From: Octopus sinensis
Taxonomy: Eukaryota
Direction of reading: 5' to 3'
DNA: 64,000 bases
Assembly: GCF_006345805.1 (NCBI RefSeq)
Contig: NC_043004.1
Location: 94,612,001-94,676,000 of the forward strand
Part shown: positions 10,781 through 23,559 of the stretch, one piece after another
Layout: the number at the start of each line of letters is the position of its first letter
Position numbering within the stretch: the first letter of the stretch is position 1
Translations under genes and position numbers: made by a program
Notes under the pieces: model-generated
Seen by the model: the letters and a program-made list of their open reading frames with translations, nothing else
The model's database searches: none
What the model was told of the DNA's origin: nothing

Positions 10781-11162
10781 CCAGCTCAATTTTTGATTCG
10801 TTTTCAGTCGAAAAACACCTGTTGTTAGTTTCTTGTGTTTGTATTTGTAATTGTGTACCATGTTCTCCGTTTTTGGCCTTTGTTGCCATACACATTCGCT
10901 AGGTTTCTTATAAAAAGGTCTAACGCTCTTAGCTTAGATTTGTGGTGGTGGTGGGGGGGGGGGCAACGAGATCGAACTCTCTGAAGTGTAACTGCTCAAA
11001 ACAGTTATGACTTCTGGTACTTGACTGAGGAAAGAAGGCGATGAATGACCCGTCTTTTTTTGCCTGTCCTAATTGTTGTTTTTCCTGTGTGCCTTTGTAT
11101 CATCTATCTGTCTGAAGGATTTATTGTCTTCTATTGTGCTTTTGTTCTAATTTTACATATAT

Positions 11163-11207
<45 letters not shown>

Positions 11208-11492
11208 CCATGTGTTGTGTGTGGTGTATACATACAATGGGTTTCTTGCAGTTTTCATCAACCAAATCCATTCAGAAACTTCCAAGCTATCGTACAAGAC
11301 AATTACCAAAGTTGCTGCACAGAGGGAGTGAACCTGAAACTACAAGACTGAAAAGTGAAGATCTGAAACACACAGCCAGTTCTTACATATATATGTATGT
11401 GTTTGTGTGTATATAAATGTTTATGCATATATATGTATATATAATATATATATATATATATATTATATATGTATGTATATAAATGTTTATGC

Positions 11493-11547
<55 letters not shown>

Positions 11548-12054
11548 GTATATGTAATATAGATGTACATGTATATATAGAATGTACATGTATATATATA
11601 TATATTTATGTGTATATGTGTCTGTTTGTACAAGTACATGTATATGAATGTGTATATATACATACAGACACACACCCAAACACACAAATATATATCCAAA
11701 TATGTGTGTGTGTAGGTATAGATATTTTATGTGTGTGTGTGTGTGTGGTGTAAGTATATAAATTCTGTCAAATTGGCAGAATGGAAAGGTGGAAGCCATG
11801 CATGAAGATTAACATTTCATTAATATTTAAGGTACACCATTCTTTCTTTATCATTGATTTGTCTCATGTGATAACAGAGAATTACTCACACCCTTACACA
11901 TACACATAGACACTTGCACACAAACAAATGCTAAAACATATACACATACCAACTAATCACCAGATATACATACAGATATGTGTGTATATAATATATATAT
12001 GCATATATATAAAAAATATATATATATGTATATAGGATACATATATATATATAC

Positions 12055-12096
<42 letters not shown>

Positions 12097-12768
12097 TATA
12101 TATTATATATATATATGCATACATAATATATATATGTACATATATATATAGAGAGAGAAATTTATATATATATATATCTATATCTATATATATATATACA
12201 TGTATATATAAATGTATAACTATATATATTCAGTTGCATGTATGTGTGTGTGTGTGTATGTGTATGTACATGTGTATAATGAAAAATGTACATCCATGTA
12301 AAAATTCACACAAATGTACAGGCATACAGTGAAAGTAATGTAGATTTTCACAGCTAAAATGTCATGTACATACACGACATACAACACAAATATGCATTGA
12401 TGCATGTGTTTACAAAGTGATATATAACTATGTATTTATATACACTCTCTCTCTCTCTCTCTCTCTTTCAGACACACACACACACACCTAATTATGGGAA
12501 ATATATGCAGACTTATTATTGATATATTTTGTGTGACTACATACAATCACATATAGAGACGTACTCTATCACAGACACACAGATACACACACACACACAC
12601 ACAACACACACACAAACACACACACACAAACACACACTTAGCAACAGCACACAGAATTACAACCCCACATGCACAAACACAAATGTATTCAGCAACCTGA
12701 GTGCATTTCATTTTTTGTTTATCTACCTCTATCTAGCTATGATTATATGTATGTATATATATGTTATA

Positions 12769-12835
<67 letters not shown>

Positions 12836-13073
12836 TATACAGCTACGTATCTATATGTAATTATTTCATGTATACACATGTATGATATATTTGGTGTGTG
12901 TAGATATATATTTATGTGAGTGTAATATAGGTATATGTATATAAGTATGTATAACAGATGCAGTATTTATAATGTTTGTTGAAAACACAATCTTCTTGTG
13001 CTTAAGTGTACACTCACATACACACATACTCACACCCAAACTTGCTGAAACTTTGGAACAATAACACCTCCAT

Positions 13074-13126
<53 letters not shown>

Positions 13127-13132
13127 TATGTT

Positions 13133-13184
<52 letters not shown>

Positions 13185-13974
13185 ATATATATAATATATA
13201 TAATAATATATATACTATATATATAATATATATAATATATATATTATATATATATATATATATAATATATAATACACACACACACACGCACATATATATT
13301 ATATACAGAGTTATGTAAGAACAGACAGGCATACACACAGAAACATTAAAATAATAATACACATCAACACACATATTAAGTTATATTTTAATACACACAG
13401 TTCTGTGAGAAGAAAAAAAAAGAAATATATTGTCTTTATTGCTACACCTCGTGTGAACACATATACTAATGCATTCATGCATGTGCTGAAAAATACATAC
13501 GCTTACGCAAATAGTAAATGGTAACATGTACATGGATGTGTACACTTACTGAGATATGGCTAAAGAAATCTTTTTTTAAATACATGTACACTCATCATAA
13601 ACAAACACAGAAATAAACAGAAGTGCAGATAAAGATAATATGTTATGGCAAACAGATACAGAGAGCCACGCCAACAGCTATGCATATATACATACATACA
13701 TACATGCATGCATGCATACATACATACATACATACATACATACATACATACATACATACATGCATGCATACATGCCTGCATACATACATGCATACATACA
13801 TACATATATACATATATACACATGCATACATACATGCATACAAACATAAACATATGAACACACATACATACATTGACTCACACATATATATATGCATTTA
13901 TATATGTATGCACACATACACTCACACATACATATATACAACTGATTATGCTGGTATTGATATTGGTATATATG

Positions 13975-14023
<49 letters not shown>

Positions 14024-14109
14024 GTACATGCAAAATATATATACATATATATACACATGTATGGTATTTATATAAATTTTTGTATTTTTATATATATCTA
14101 TATATATAG

Positions 14110-14141
<32 letters not shown>

Positions 14142-14576
14142 CCCACTTATAGCAAAATATACATAATTGTACGCACCTAATTGTGAGAAATGGAAGATAC
14201 AAGAATTATTCTTTACTAATTCAATTGTTGAATAATGTCAACTGCATTTTTCATAAGTTCTTGATAGGTGTAAATGTTACAGGATTGCTGTTTTGACATT
14301 CACAGAAAGCTGAGCTGGTTGTCTTGGATGCTATCCATGTGTGGGTGTGTGTGTGTGTGTTTACCAGTGTAAACATGCATAAATTTACACGCACATGCAC
14401 ACACTCACCAACAACACACATGCACACACTCACATAGATTTATATGCACATACACGTATGCACAGATACACAAAAACATGCACAAAAATGTACACAGTTA
14501 GTGTGCTTGTGTGAGTGTATATAAACATACATACGTTTGTGTATGTATATATGTGTGTATGTCTGCATGCATGTTT

Positions 14577-14608
<32 letters not shown>

Positions 14609-14994
14609 CATGTATATTTATGCGCATGTATGTATGTGCATTATCCTCATGTGTATATGAAGATGTATATATATATATATATAATATATAATATATATAT
14701 GTATATATATGTACATATATGAATTTTTGTATGCATATACATTCACACAAAAATATATATGTATGTACATATGTATTAGCATAATTGCATACATAGATAT
14801 ACATGTACATATATACATTTTAACATGCATGTGTAAGCTTAGAAGCAAGTGGTACAAATTATTTTGTAGAAAAGTAGATTGTAAATATTTATGTATTGTA
14901 ATACCAATATTTATTATTTAATGCTATCACTGAAAGTGGTCTTCACTTTACACTTTCCCATTTTCCCACTACAGAACCTTATGTTAATCTAGAC

Positions 14995-15925
14995 AGCAAA
15001 GGTTGCTATCTAGGTGATCAAGTCAGCAGTGGAGGTGGATGCTCTGAAAGTGGAGCTGCTAGAATAAGAATAGGCTGGGAAAAGTTCTAGGATAAGTATA
15101 GGCTGGGAAAAGTTCTAGGATAAGTATAGGCTGGGAAAAGTTCTAGCATAAAAATAGGCTGGGAAAAGTTCAGAGAGCTTCTACCTATATTAGTAACAAA
15201 GAGTCTTTCTCTCTGAGTGAATGGCACATTGTATGATGCCTGTGTGTGGATAGCCATTCTACATGGTAGGGAAATATGGGCTGTAACTACTGAAGATATG
15301 AGAAAGCTTGGAAGAAGTGAAGCTAGTATGTTTTGTTGGATGTGCAATGTCAATTTGCATGTGCAACAGAGTGTAAGCATTTTGAGAGAAAATTGGGCAT
15401 AAGAGGTATCATATATATGGTGTGCAAGAAAGAAGGCTGTACTGGTATGGTCATGTGTTGCATATGGATGAGGACAGCTGTGTAAAGAAGTGCCAATTCC
15501 TAACTGTGGAAGGAACCTGTGGACGAGGTAAATGCCGGAAGATGTGGAATGAGGTAGTGATATATGATCTTCAGATGTAATGTCTCACAGAGAAAATGGC
15601 AAAAAGTTGCTGTATTTGAGAATACTCATCAAGCCAAGGGAAATCATAATCGTGGACAGTGCCAGTGACACATAAAAGGCACCCATGAGTGTGGCATGGG
15701 AAAAGCACCTGTGATGGTGAAACATAAAAGGCACTTGTGTCAGTGACATGTAAAGGGCACTCAATACATTCTTGGAGTGGTTAACATTAGAAAGGGCATC
15801 CAACCACAGAAACCAAGCCAAAATCACACTGGAACCTGGGGTAGCTCTCCGGCTTACCAGTTCCAGTCAAACCATCTAATCCATGCCAGCATGGAAAACG
15901 GATGCTAAATGATGATGATGATGAT
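14995..15925 (+). mobile_element. RTE-clade LINE 3' fragment (C-terminal ORF remnant, 3' UTR and (GAT)n tail)
   Basis: Reads CYLGDQVSSGGGCSE..ARIRIGW.KFRELLP...LYDACV..LHG.E.W...RRL.WYGHV..M, typical of RTE C-termini, and ends in (GAT)n. Confidence 0.85.
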
Positions 15926-15926
15926 A

Positions 15927-16402
15927 TGATAGGCTTCTTTCAGTTTCTGTCTACCAAATCCACTTTCGTGGAGGCACATGGCCTAGTGGTTAGAGCAGCG
16001 AACTCACAGTCGAGGGACTGCAGGTTCGAATCTCAGACAGGGTGATGTGTGTGTTTATGAGCGAAACACTTAAGCTCCACGTGGCTCCGCCAGAAGGTAA
16101 TGGCGAACTTCTGCTGACTCTTTCGCCACAACTTTCTCTCACTCTTTCCTCCTACATCTTGCAGCTCACCTGCGATGGACCGGCGTTCCGTCCAGATGGG
16201 GAACCTATACGCCAAAAAAATGGGTAAACCGGCCCTTATGAGCCAGGCATGGCTTGAGAAGAAACAAACAAATCCACTTTCAAGGCTTTGGTTGGCCGAA
16301 GCTATGAAAGAAGGTACTTGTCCAAGGTGCCAAAACAGGGACTGAATCCCAAACCATATGGTCAGGAAGCTAAGTTCTTACCATACAGCTATATCTGTGC
16401 CG
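15927..16402 (-). mobile_element. SINE family A 5' half, interrupted by a family B SINE
   Basis: Family A sequence (GGCTTCTTTCAGTTT...CAAATCCAC | AAGGCTTTGGT...CCAAGGTGCC) flanks the insert. Confidence 0.75.
15968..16268 (+). mobile_element. SINE family B with 13-bp target-site duplication
   Basis: A and B boxes; CAAATCCACTTTC at 15955-15967 and 16269-16281. Confidence 0.85.
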
Positions 16403-16411
16403 GTATATATT

Positions 16412-16635
16412 AAGGCGGCGAGCTGGCAGAACCATTAGCACGCCTGTCAAAATGCTTTGCGGTATTTTGTCTGCCGCTACATTCTGAGTTCAAATTCTGC
16501 CAAGGTCGACTTTGCCTTTCATCCTTTCGGGGTCGATTAAATAAATACCAGTTATGCACTGGGGTCGATGTAATCGACTTAATACCTATGTCTGTCCCCC
16601 TCTATGTTTAGCCCGTTGTGGGTAATAAAGAGATA
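16412..16635 (+). mobile_element. SINE family C (tRNA head plus Meta-domain-like centre)
   Basis: AAGGCGGCGAGCTGGCAGAA head, GAGTTCAAATT B box and central GTCGACTTTGCCTTTCATCCTTTCGGGGTCGAT; GGTATATATT duplicated at 16402 and 16636. Confidence 0.8.
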
Positions 16636-16981
16636 GGTATATATTCAAAAATAAAGCAAATATTGTAGATACATTAACGCATCTACTATACAGATAACAT
16701 AAGGGATTTTTATTATAAAACAAAGTTTTGAGATGTATCTGCTCTGTTTGTGAAATCAATATTAAATTGTTAAATGTTGGAATTATAACTGAACATATTT
16801 CATAACAGATCTCAAGGTTCATTATACTGTATAACAAATAATTGCTGCTTTGTAGCATTTTGATGGGTTCTGAACTTTCGATTTCTTGTTAGAATTAATT
16901 CACATATTTCACTGGCACCATCCTACTCTGTTGTCTTTGTAAATAGCATGAACGCCATCACACATTACATTCCTCTTTCAG

Positions 16982-17031
16982 CTGAAAAATTACAGAGGCG
17001 CTGTCTTCACTAAAACTACTGGACAGAACCA
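16982..17031 (+). other. Candidate 50-bp exon of an unidentified host gene
   Basis: Polypyrimidine CATTCCTCTTTCAG acceptor and CCA|GTGAGT donor; one open frame, LKNYRGAVFTKTTGQN. Confidence 0.25.
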
Positions 17032-17699
17032 GTGAGTAATCATTGCAGCATATCAAATAGGTTTTGGCATCAGAAAACAAATACATTCATATCAGATCCT
17101 GATACGCAACATGATGATAAAGTTTATGCTATCATATGCTGTGTATACTTTTATTGTTTTACTGGCTTCGGTCATTGGACTGTAGCCATGGTAGGCACCA
17201 CCTTCGACAGTGTTTAGTTGATCATATTGATCACAGTACTATGACGGTATTTATTTTATCGACCTTGGAAGGATGAAAGATAAAATCAACATATACATGT
17301 ATACAAACACATGCATACAATCCTACCAATAAACACATACACACATATATATATACACAAATATACATACATATGAATATGTATATATATATGTATATAT
17401 ATGTGTGTATATATATATGTATATATATATGTATATATATGTATATATATATATATATGTATGTACGTATGTATGTGTGTATATATATATATATGTATAT
17501 ATACATATTTGTATGTATATGTATATACATATGCGTATATATGTATAATTATATATGTATTTGTGTGTGTGCTTGTATGTATGTATATATATCTCTTACT
17601 CATTCACTTTATCAACCAGATTATCAGATGTCCTTATACATCGCTGGTCACAGTGTACTTCCATCAATTCTTCCCTTTGATTGCATCACACATCTCATT

Positions 17700-18350
17700 C
17701 AATTGAGCCTGAATATTTCAACAATGCAAAAGAGAATGCTTTAATTCAGATGAAAAGATATGACATCCCAAGAAAAGATTGTATAACAGTGGAGATGTTA
17801 AGGAAGGGAGGAGAGAAAATTTGGAAAATCCTCATTCAACATTACAATCGATATCTAAAAGGCAAAATACTCTCATTGTGGAAGAAGTCACATATCTTGT
17901 ATTATAGGATATGTGATAGGGCTTACCCGAAAAATTATCACTCCATATGTAACTGTGTCACTGCAAGAAGTTGTTTATGAAGCGCATAGTCATCAGACCC
18001 TTGTAGCATTTCACCAATCAACAACCAAAGGACGAAGGAGGTTTTCAGAAGAATTACATGTCACATCACATATTTTCCTTAACACAGCTTCCGGAATGAG
18101 TAAAAGTGTATCAGCCAGTTTCATTGATTACAAAATGGCCTTGAATAGTAGTGTTAAGGTGAGTGTGATCATCAAATACAGTTCAAGTTGGAAAGGATTT
18201 CAAACAAGGAGATACTATCTCTCCAAAGTGTTTCATCAAATGTCTAAACTGGTCATCAGAGATAGTGATTGGAAAGATTTTATCAACATTAACATCATTT
18301 GTGATTCACAGACAACATCGTGCTCCTTGAGAAATAGCAGCCGATAGTGC
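17700..18350 (+). pseudogene. Highly degenerate RTE-type reverse transcriptase fragment
   Basis: ENALIQMK..IPRKDCITVEMLRKGGEKIWKIL...WKKS...KNYHSIC, then QQPKDEGGF and FIDYK (compare APGxDGITxE, NYRPI, QAGFR, FIDYxKAFD). Confidence 0.7.
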
Positions 18351-18475
18351 TAAACACCCAGAGTTCAGAAATATGATGCAAAAGAAACTATATAAAAATG
18401 AAATACAAGCAGCCTGAAAACATATCACAAGATCGAGTAGTTATAAGAAGTAATGAAAATGAGGTGATGAAGGAG

Positions 18476-18902
18476 TACTCTTTTACTCTTTTGCTCTTTT
18501 ACTTGTTTCAGTCATTTGACTGTGGCCATGCTGGAGCACCACCTTTTAGTCGAGCAAATCGACTCCAGGACTTATTCTTTGTAAGCCTAGTACTTATTCT
18601 ATCAGTCTCTTTTGCCAAACCGCTAAGTTACAGGGATGTAAACACTCCAACAACGGTTGTCAAGCGATGTCGGGGGGGGGGGACAAACACAGACATACAA
18701 ACATATGCACACACATACATATACATATATATATACATATATACGACGGGCTTCTTTCAGTTTTCGTCTACCAAATCCACTCACAAGGCTTTGGTTGGCC
18801 CGAAGCTATAGTAGAAGACACTTGCCCAAGGTGCCACACAGTGGGACTGAACCTGGAACTACGGAGTTCATAAGCAAGCTACTTACCACACAGCCACTCC
18901 TA
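18476..18902 (-). mobile_element. SINE family A (tRNA head, CORE-like ACCTTGGGCAAGTGTCTT, internal microsatellite, LINE-like tail)
   Basis: Colinear with the other family A copies. Confidence 0.9.
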
Positions 18903-19267
18903 CTTCTACGAGTATGTATATTTTAGCTTGATACCAAATATATACTGGGACATGAACTTGTAAATCTTGCAATGTGTAATAACAGTATTGAAGGAGTTTG
19001 TCTTTATTAAGGTTGTGCTTTATTAAAGCTGTTCAGTTAAATCTATGTTGCAGATATTGCATAGATATATTTGAAGATATAATACAAACATACAAACACA
19101 CACAAACTCATACACACATAAACAAAAGACTGCAAAATTTGGTATATTTTTAATTCCATGTTACACATGTTTCATTACCAGATAGGAGTTACAAAGGTAT
19201 ACATGCAGAAAAGAAGAGGTATAGAATCTCCTGTCCTTAAGTCTACAGAGAAAGATTCAAAAATAGC

Positions 19268-19572
19268 ATCATCATCATCCTCATCATCATCATTTAGCGT
19301 CCGCTTTCCATGCTAGCATGGGTTGGACGGTTCAACTGGGGTCTGTGAAGCCAGAAGGCTGCATCAGGCCCAGTCTGATCTGGCAGTGTTTCTACGGCTG
19401 GATGGCCTTCCTAACGCCAACCACTCCGTGAGTGTAGTGGGTGCTTTTTACGTGCCACCCGCACAGGTGCCAGGCGAGGCTGGCAACGGCTACGAACGGA
19501 TGGTGCTTTTTACATGCCACCGGCACGAGGCCAGTCGGGGTGGCGCTGGCAACGGCCACGAACGGATGGTGG
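19268..19572 (-). mobile_element. RTE LINE 3'-tail fragment
   Basis: (CAT)n followed by TTTAGCGTCCGCTTTCCATGCTAGCATGGG; internal repeats of about 55 bp. Confidence 0.85.
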
Positions 19573-19629
19573 TGCAGATGAGTCTGGCAGACGGCCTATA
19601 TATATATATAGGGCAAAGACCCACAGATG

Positions 19630-19910
19630 TACACACTCTTTGGTCATGAATGGCCATGGGATTGCACCTAGAAATTTCCCTTCCAAGACACAAGTTCAGG
19701 CAAGGTTGTTTATTTAAGACCAGCAGTCACCCATGCATACCACTCTTCTCTCTCCATGACACTGATGTTATCACCGGGAAAGGTAGAGAAGACAATACAG
19801 CTTGTCACCAGTGATGTCGCAACTCATTTCTAGAGTTGAATGAACTGGCGCAATGTGAAATAAAGTGTCTTGCTCAAGAACAAAACACAGTCTGATCCAG
19901 GAATCAAACT
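19630..19910 (-). mobile_element. SINE family D (CORE-like TTCTTGAGCAAGACACTT)
   Basis: The 3' part matches 48155-48345 in the opposite orientation, and the head resembles 61660-61740. Confidence 0.6.
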
Positions 19911-20107
19911 AAGTACATATACAAACTTATATGCATATATATATATATATATATATATATAAGCAACTTATAAACAAGGGCAAAAGAAAAAATTTCTAAT
20001 GCCAAATATGCCGAAATAGACTTAATCGTCAATAACCATACAATTCATCATTATAAGCACGTATTTCGAAGAAAACCGACAGAAATTTCTAAAACATTGC
20101 ACCACTA

Positions 20108-20171
20108 CCATATCGGACCCGATTTCAGGGTTACTTTGTAAGAACCTTCCCTTCGTCAGTGATAAATATGG
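20108..20171 (-). ncRNA. Type I hammerhead ribozyme in a short element (about 19961-20320)
   Basis: Minus strand reads ccatatttatca CTGACGA aggg(aaggttcttacaaagtaa)ccct GAAA tcgg GTC cgatatgg. Confidence 0.7.
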
Positions 20172-20317
20172 CAAAGGAATAAATGAAATACTTACTCATA
20201 CCCATGGAAGAAGCAAACACTAAGCCATGAGCACAATTAAGTACCCCAAATATATCCAAAATAGAAATTCTCCATATATATATATGAGCAAAATGCCCCC
20301 CGTCCAATGATGGTGAT

Positions 20318-21092
20318 GAGTTGTCAAACATTTAAACCAAATTTTCTCAAAACAACTTGTCCGACAGTCCCATAGGCCTCCCCTTTGAGAAACACTGATT
20401 TAACCTAAATTTGAGACACCAGCAAAAGAAGAAATAAAGATAGACTTTTATTCTATTCCAAAGAAAAACGATTTTATTTACACAAATATGCAACCGAAGA
20501 GTTAAAAGTACCAGTAATAATAAGGCTGTTGACTGGGAGAACACAAACATGGTTTAAACAGTAAGCTTGGCAGGAAAAAAACATGACTTTAAGCAGTACA
20601 AAAAAAAAAAAAAATAGAAGGTGCAGTTATGTACAGGTTGATGGAAGAAAAGCCAGACAAAATCGATGCATGCAAATGGGTTATCTGGAGATAAATCTAG
20701 ATGGAAAAGCATGATGAATTTATGAGGACACACCTGGGACAACAATAAGTTTATCCGATAAGACATGTAGGAAATCAACTTGGGGCGATTTTTGATGAAA
20801 AGCAACAACCTAGGGGACTAAGTAACTAATTTTAAGCTAACTTACATTACGGTATGTTCAAGGGCATGGAAAAGCTAGTGGCAACAGTTGATGTACTTGC
20901 ACGTACAAATGGTGGTTCCCACGGCTTTATTGATCGCATTCTCACCTAGAATCGATTTTTGTAATTTTTTCAAGACTTATACACGCCCTGATACCGTCAG
21001 TATCTATATATCAAATTTGAGCGCAATTGGATGGAGGATGCCCGAGATCCTAGAAGATACACACACAGACAGACAGAACAAATTTTATAATA
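20318..21092 (-). mobile_element. Non-autonomous Helitron-like element
   Basis: An inverted, internally deleted copy lies at 50670-51186. It starts TATATTATAAAAT..GTTCTGTCTGT within a TA array, as many Helitron-N elements do, and has no TIR or TSD. The repeat is certain; the class is inference. Confidence 0.45.
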
Positions 21093-21255
21093 TATATATA
21101 TATAGTCAATAATAATAAGGGTAAAATTAATTAATTAATTAGTAATTAATAATTTTACCAAGCAGTGTTCAGTATGTAAAAGGACCATTTACGGTAAACT
21201 TGCTGAACCCTAATTATATTAAGTAATGTTTATATCTATATCTATCTATCTATGC

Positions 21256-21297
<42 letters not shown>

Positions 21298-21510
21298 TTA
21301 ACGGGAAGCTTTATGAAAATAAACAAAAGACGAAGGCAGGTGGAATACAAACAAACAATTGTATTAGTATGGCGCTCAGGAATATAAATAAAACAAGTCT
21401 TTTACGTTTCGAGCCTACGCTCTTCAACAGAAAGATACACAGAAAAGAAACACAGAAAGAAACAAGGAGAGAAAAAAAATGCGTGCAGAGGCTAGCGAAT
21501 CAACATGGCG
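21298..21510 (-). mobile_element. About 200-bp HHR-like element, family E, copy 1
   Basis: Matches 54122-54315(+) and 55668-55856(-); flanked by TA arrays; HHR-like fold at 21398-21435. Confidence 0.75.
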
Positions 21511-21840
21511 ATATATATATATATACACACACACATGCATACGCACATATACATACATACCGAAGCACACACAAATACACACACATTTATACATATATTA
21601 GGTACATATGTGCATACAAAACTGTAAAAGAGATGGAATTGATTTCTTTTAAAATAAAACTCAAATTTGTTTGCCTTAAAATCTGCTGCAATCTGTCACA
21701 GTCAATTACATTCCTTTACGTTTTGCAACAATTATAAGGCTCACACAGTTCTCTTATATAGCTTGTACAAAAATATGTCACAAAATTATTTAGTTACAGT
21801 TTGAGATAATCAACAACGTATTCAATAATAATAATAATAA

Positions 21841-22135
21841 TCATCATCATTTAGCATCCGCTTTCCATGCTAGCATGAGTTGGACGGTTCAACTGGGGTC
21901 TGGGAAGCCAGAAGGCTGCACCAGGCCCAGTCTAATCTGGCAATGTTTCTACAGCTGGATGCCCTTCCTAATGCCAACCACTCCGTGAGTGTAGTGGGTG
22001 CTTTTTACGTTCCACCAGCACAGGGGCCAGGGGAGGCTAGCAAACGGCCATGGTCGGATGGTGCTTTTTACGTGCCACCGGCATGGGGGCCAGGCTAGGC
22101 TGGCAATGGCCACGATCGGATGGTGCTTTTTACGT
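21841..22135 (-). mobile_element. RTE LINE 3'-tail fragment
   Basis: Near-identical to 19280-19570. Confidence 0.85.
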
Positions 22136-22409
22136 GCATACAATTTATAAAGAATACAATGAAAGATGATCAAATATGTCACCCATCTTACAGAGTTTTT
22201 CTCTTTTAACAGTGATGAAGATTCAAACCATTGCTATTCTCAACAATGGAGTGAATCATCAGCTTCTAATGAACAAATAACATCTGCTACATATACTCTG
22301 TTCTTTTTCTCTTTTACGTGCACCAGATGCACACATGATTATGTGCATGTGTGTATTTATATATATATATGCATGCACACACATATATACATAGTATGTA
22401 CATACATAT

Positions 22410-22570
22410 ACAGAAGTGGCTGTTTGGTAAGTAGCTTTTTTTTACCAACCACATGGTTCCGAGTTTAGTTCCACTGCGTGGCACCTTTGGCAAGTGTCTT
22501 CTGCTATAGCCTCGGGCCGACCAAAGCCTTGTGAGTGGATTTGGTGGACGGAAACTGAAAGAAGCCTGTC

Positions 22571-22608
<38 letters not shown>

Positions 22609-22826
22609 GTGTGTGTGTGTGTTTGTGTGTCTGTGTTTGTCCCCCTAGCATTGCTTGACAACCGATGCTGGTGTGTTTATGTCCCCGTTACTTAGCAGTT
22701 CGGCAAAAGAAACCGATAGAACAAGTACTGGGCTTACAAAAGAATAAGTCCTGGGGTCGAGTTGCTCGATTAAAGGCGGTGCTTCAGCATGGCGGCACTC
22801 AAATGACTGAAACAAGTAAAAGAGTA
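22410..22826 (+). mobile_element. SINE family A
   Basis: Colinear with the other copies; tail GACTGAAACAAGTAAAAGAGT. Confidence 0.9.
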
Positions 22827-23559
22827 TGTATACACATTCACACACACACACACACACACACAAACATACACACATGATTATGATTAATTGTGGAATAAGC
22901 AACTGGTGAAAAATTTAATTATAAAGGACAAAATGATAAAATCTGTTTCAAGTACAGTATGCTCTCTTGTTATTTTAATATCCTACAACCATACCAAATA
23001 TATATGTGGTGGTGGTGGGAGTGTTTATACCTTTATCTGTCTATCTATCTTCTGTCTATCTGTCTGTCTGTCTCTGTCTGTCTTTCTCTCTACCAAGAGG
23101 ATATTAATTTGTCTCCCTTTCAACAACACTCCAAACATAGTAGTTCATTTATTTCAAACCTGGTGTGTTTGGATGTCACAAGTTCGGTGTGTAGGAATTC
23201 GAACCCCAAACCACAAAATTATCAGTTTACGATTATGAGTAAGCCACAACAATTTCACATGATTGATGTAAAAACTGATCAATCAGAGCTTGATGTTGTG
23301 GCAAGAACAGCTTCTCAAATATTCTAGAGATTTGTTCCTTTTTACCCTAGTTAAGCAGTTTGGTGCCTAAATCACAGCAGACTGCAATTAGCCTTCAAAC
23401 AAGGCAGGTCATAGCAGATCACATTTAACCTTCAAATAAGACCCATTGTGCTTCTTTACTCCAAGCCTCAACAATGTGTGGTAGTTATTGTATCTGCATT
23501 TTTATCTCTTCCAGATAGCTAATGTCTAACACAATGCAGTAAACCTATTCCTTCTTATA

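Noticed and set aside
10975-11040. CTGAAG...CTC-AAAA-CAGTTA and CTGAGGA motifs in a T-rich element ending in (TA)n
   Set aside because: It may be another decayed element of the same class, but no consistent three-stem fold could be built from this single copy.
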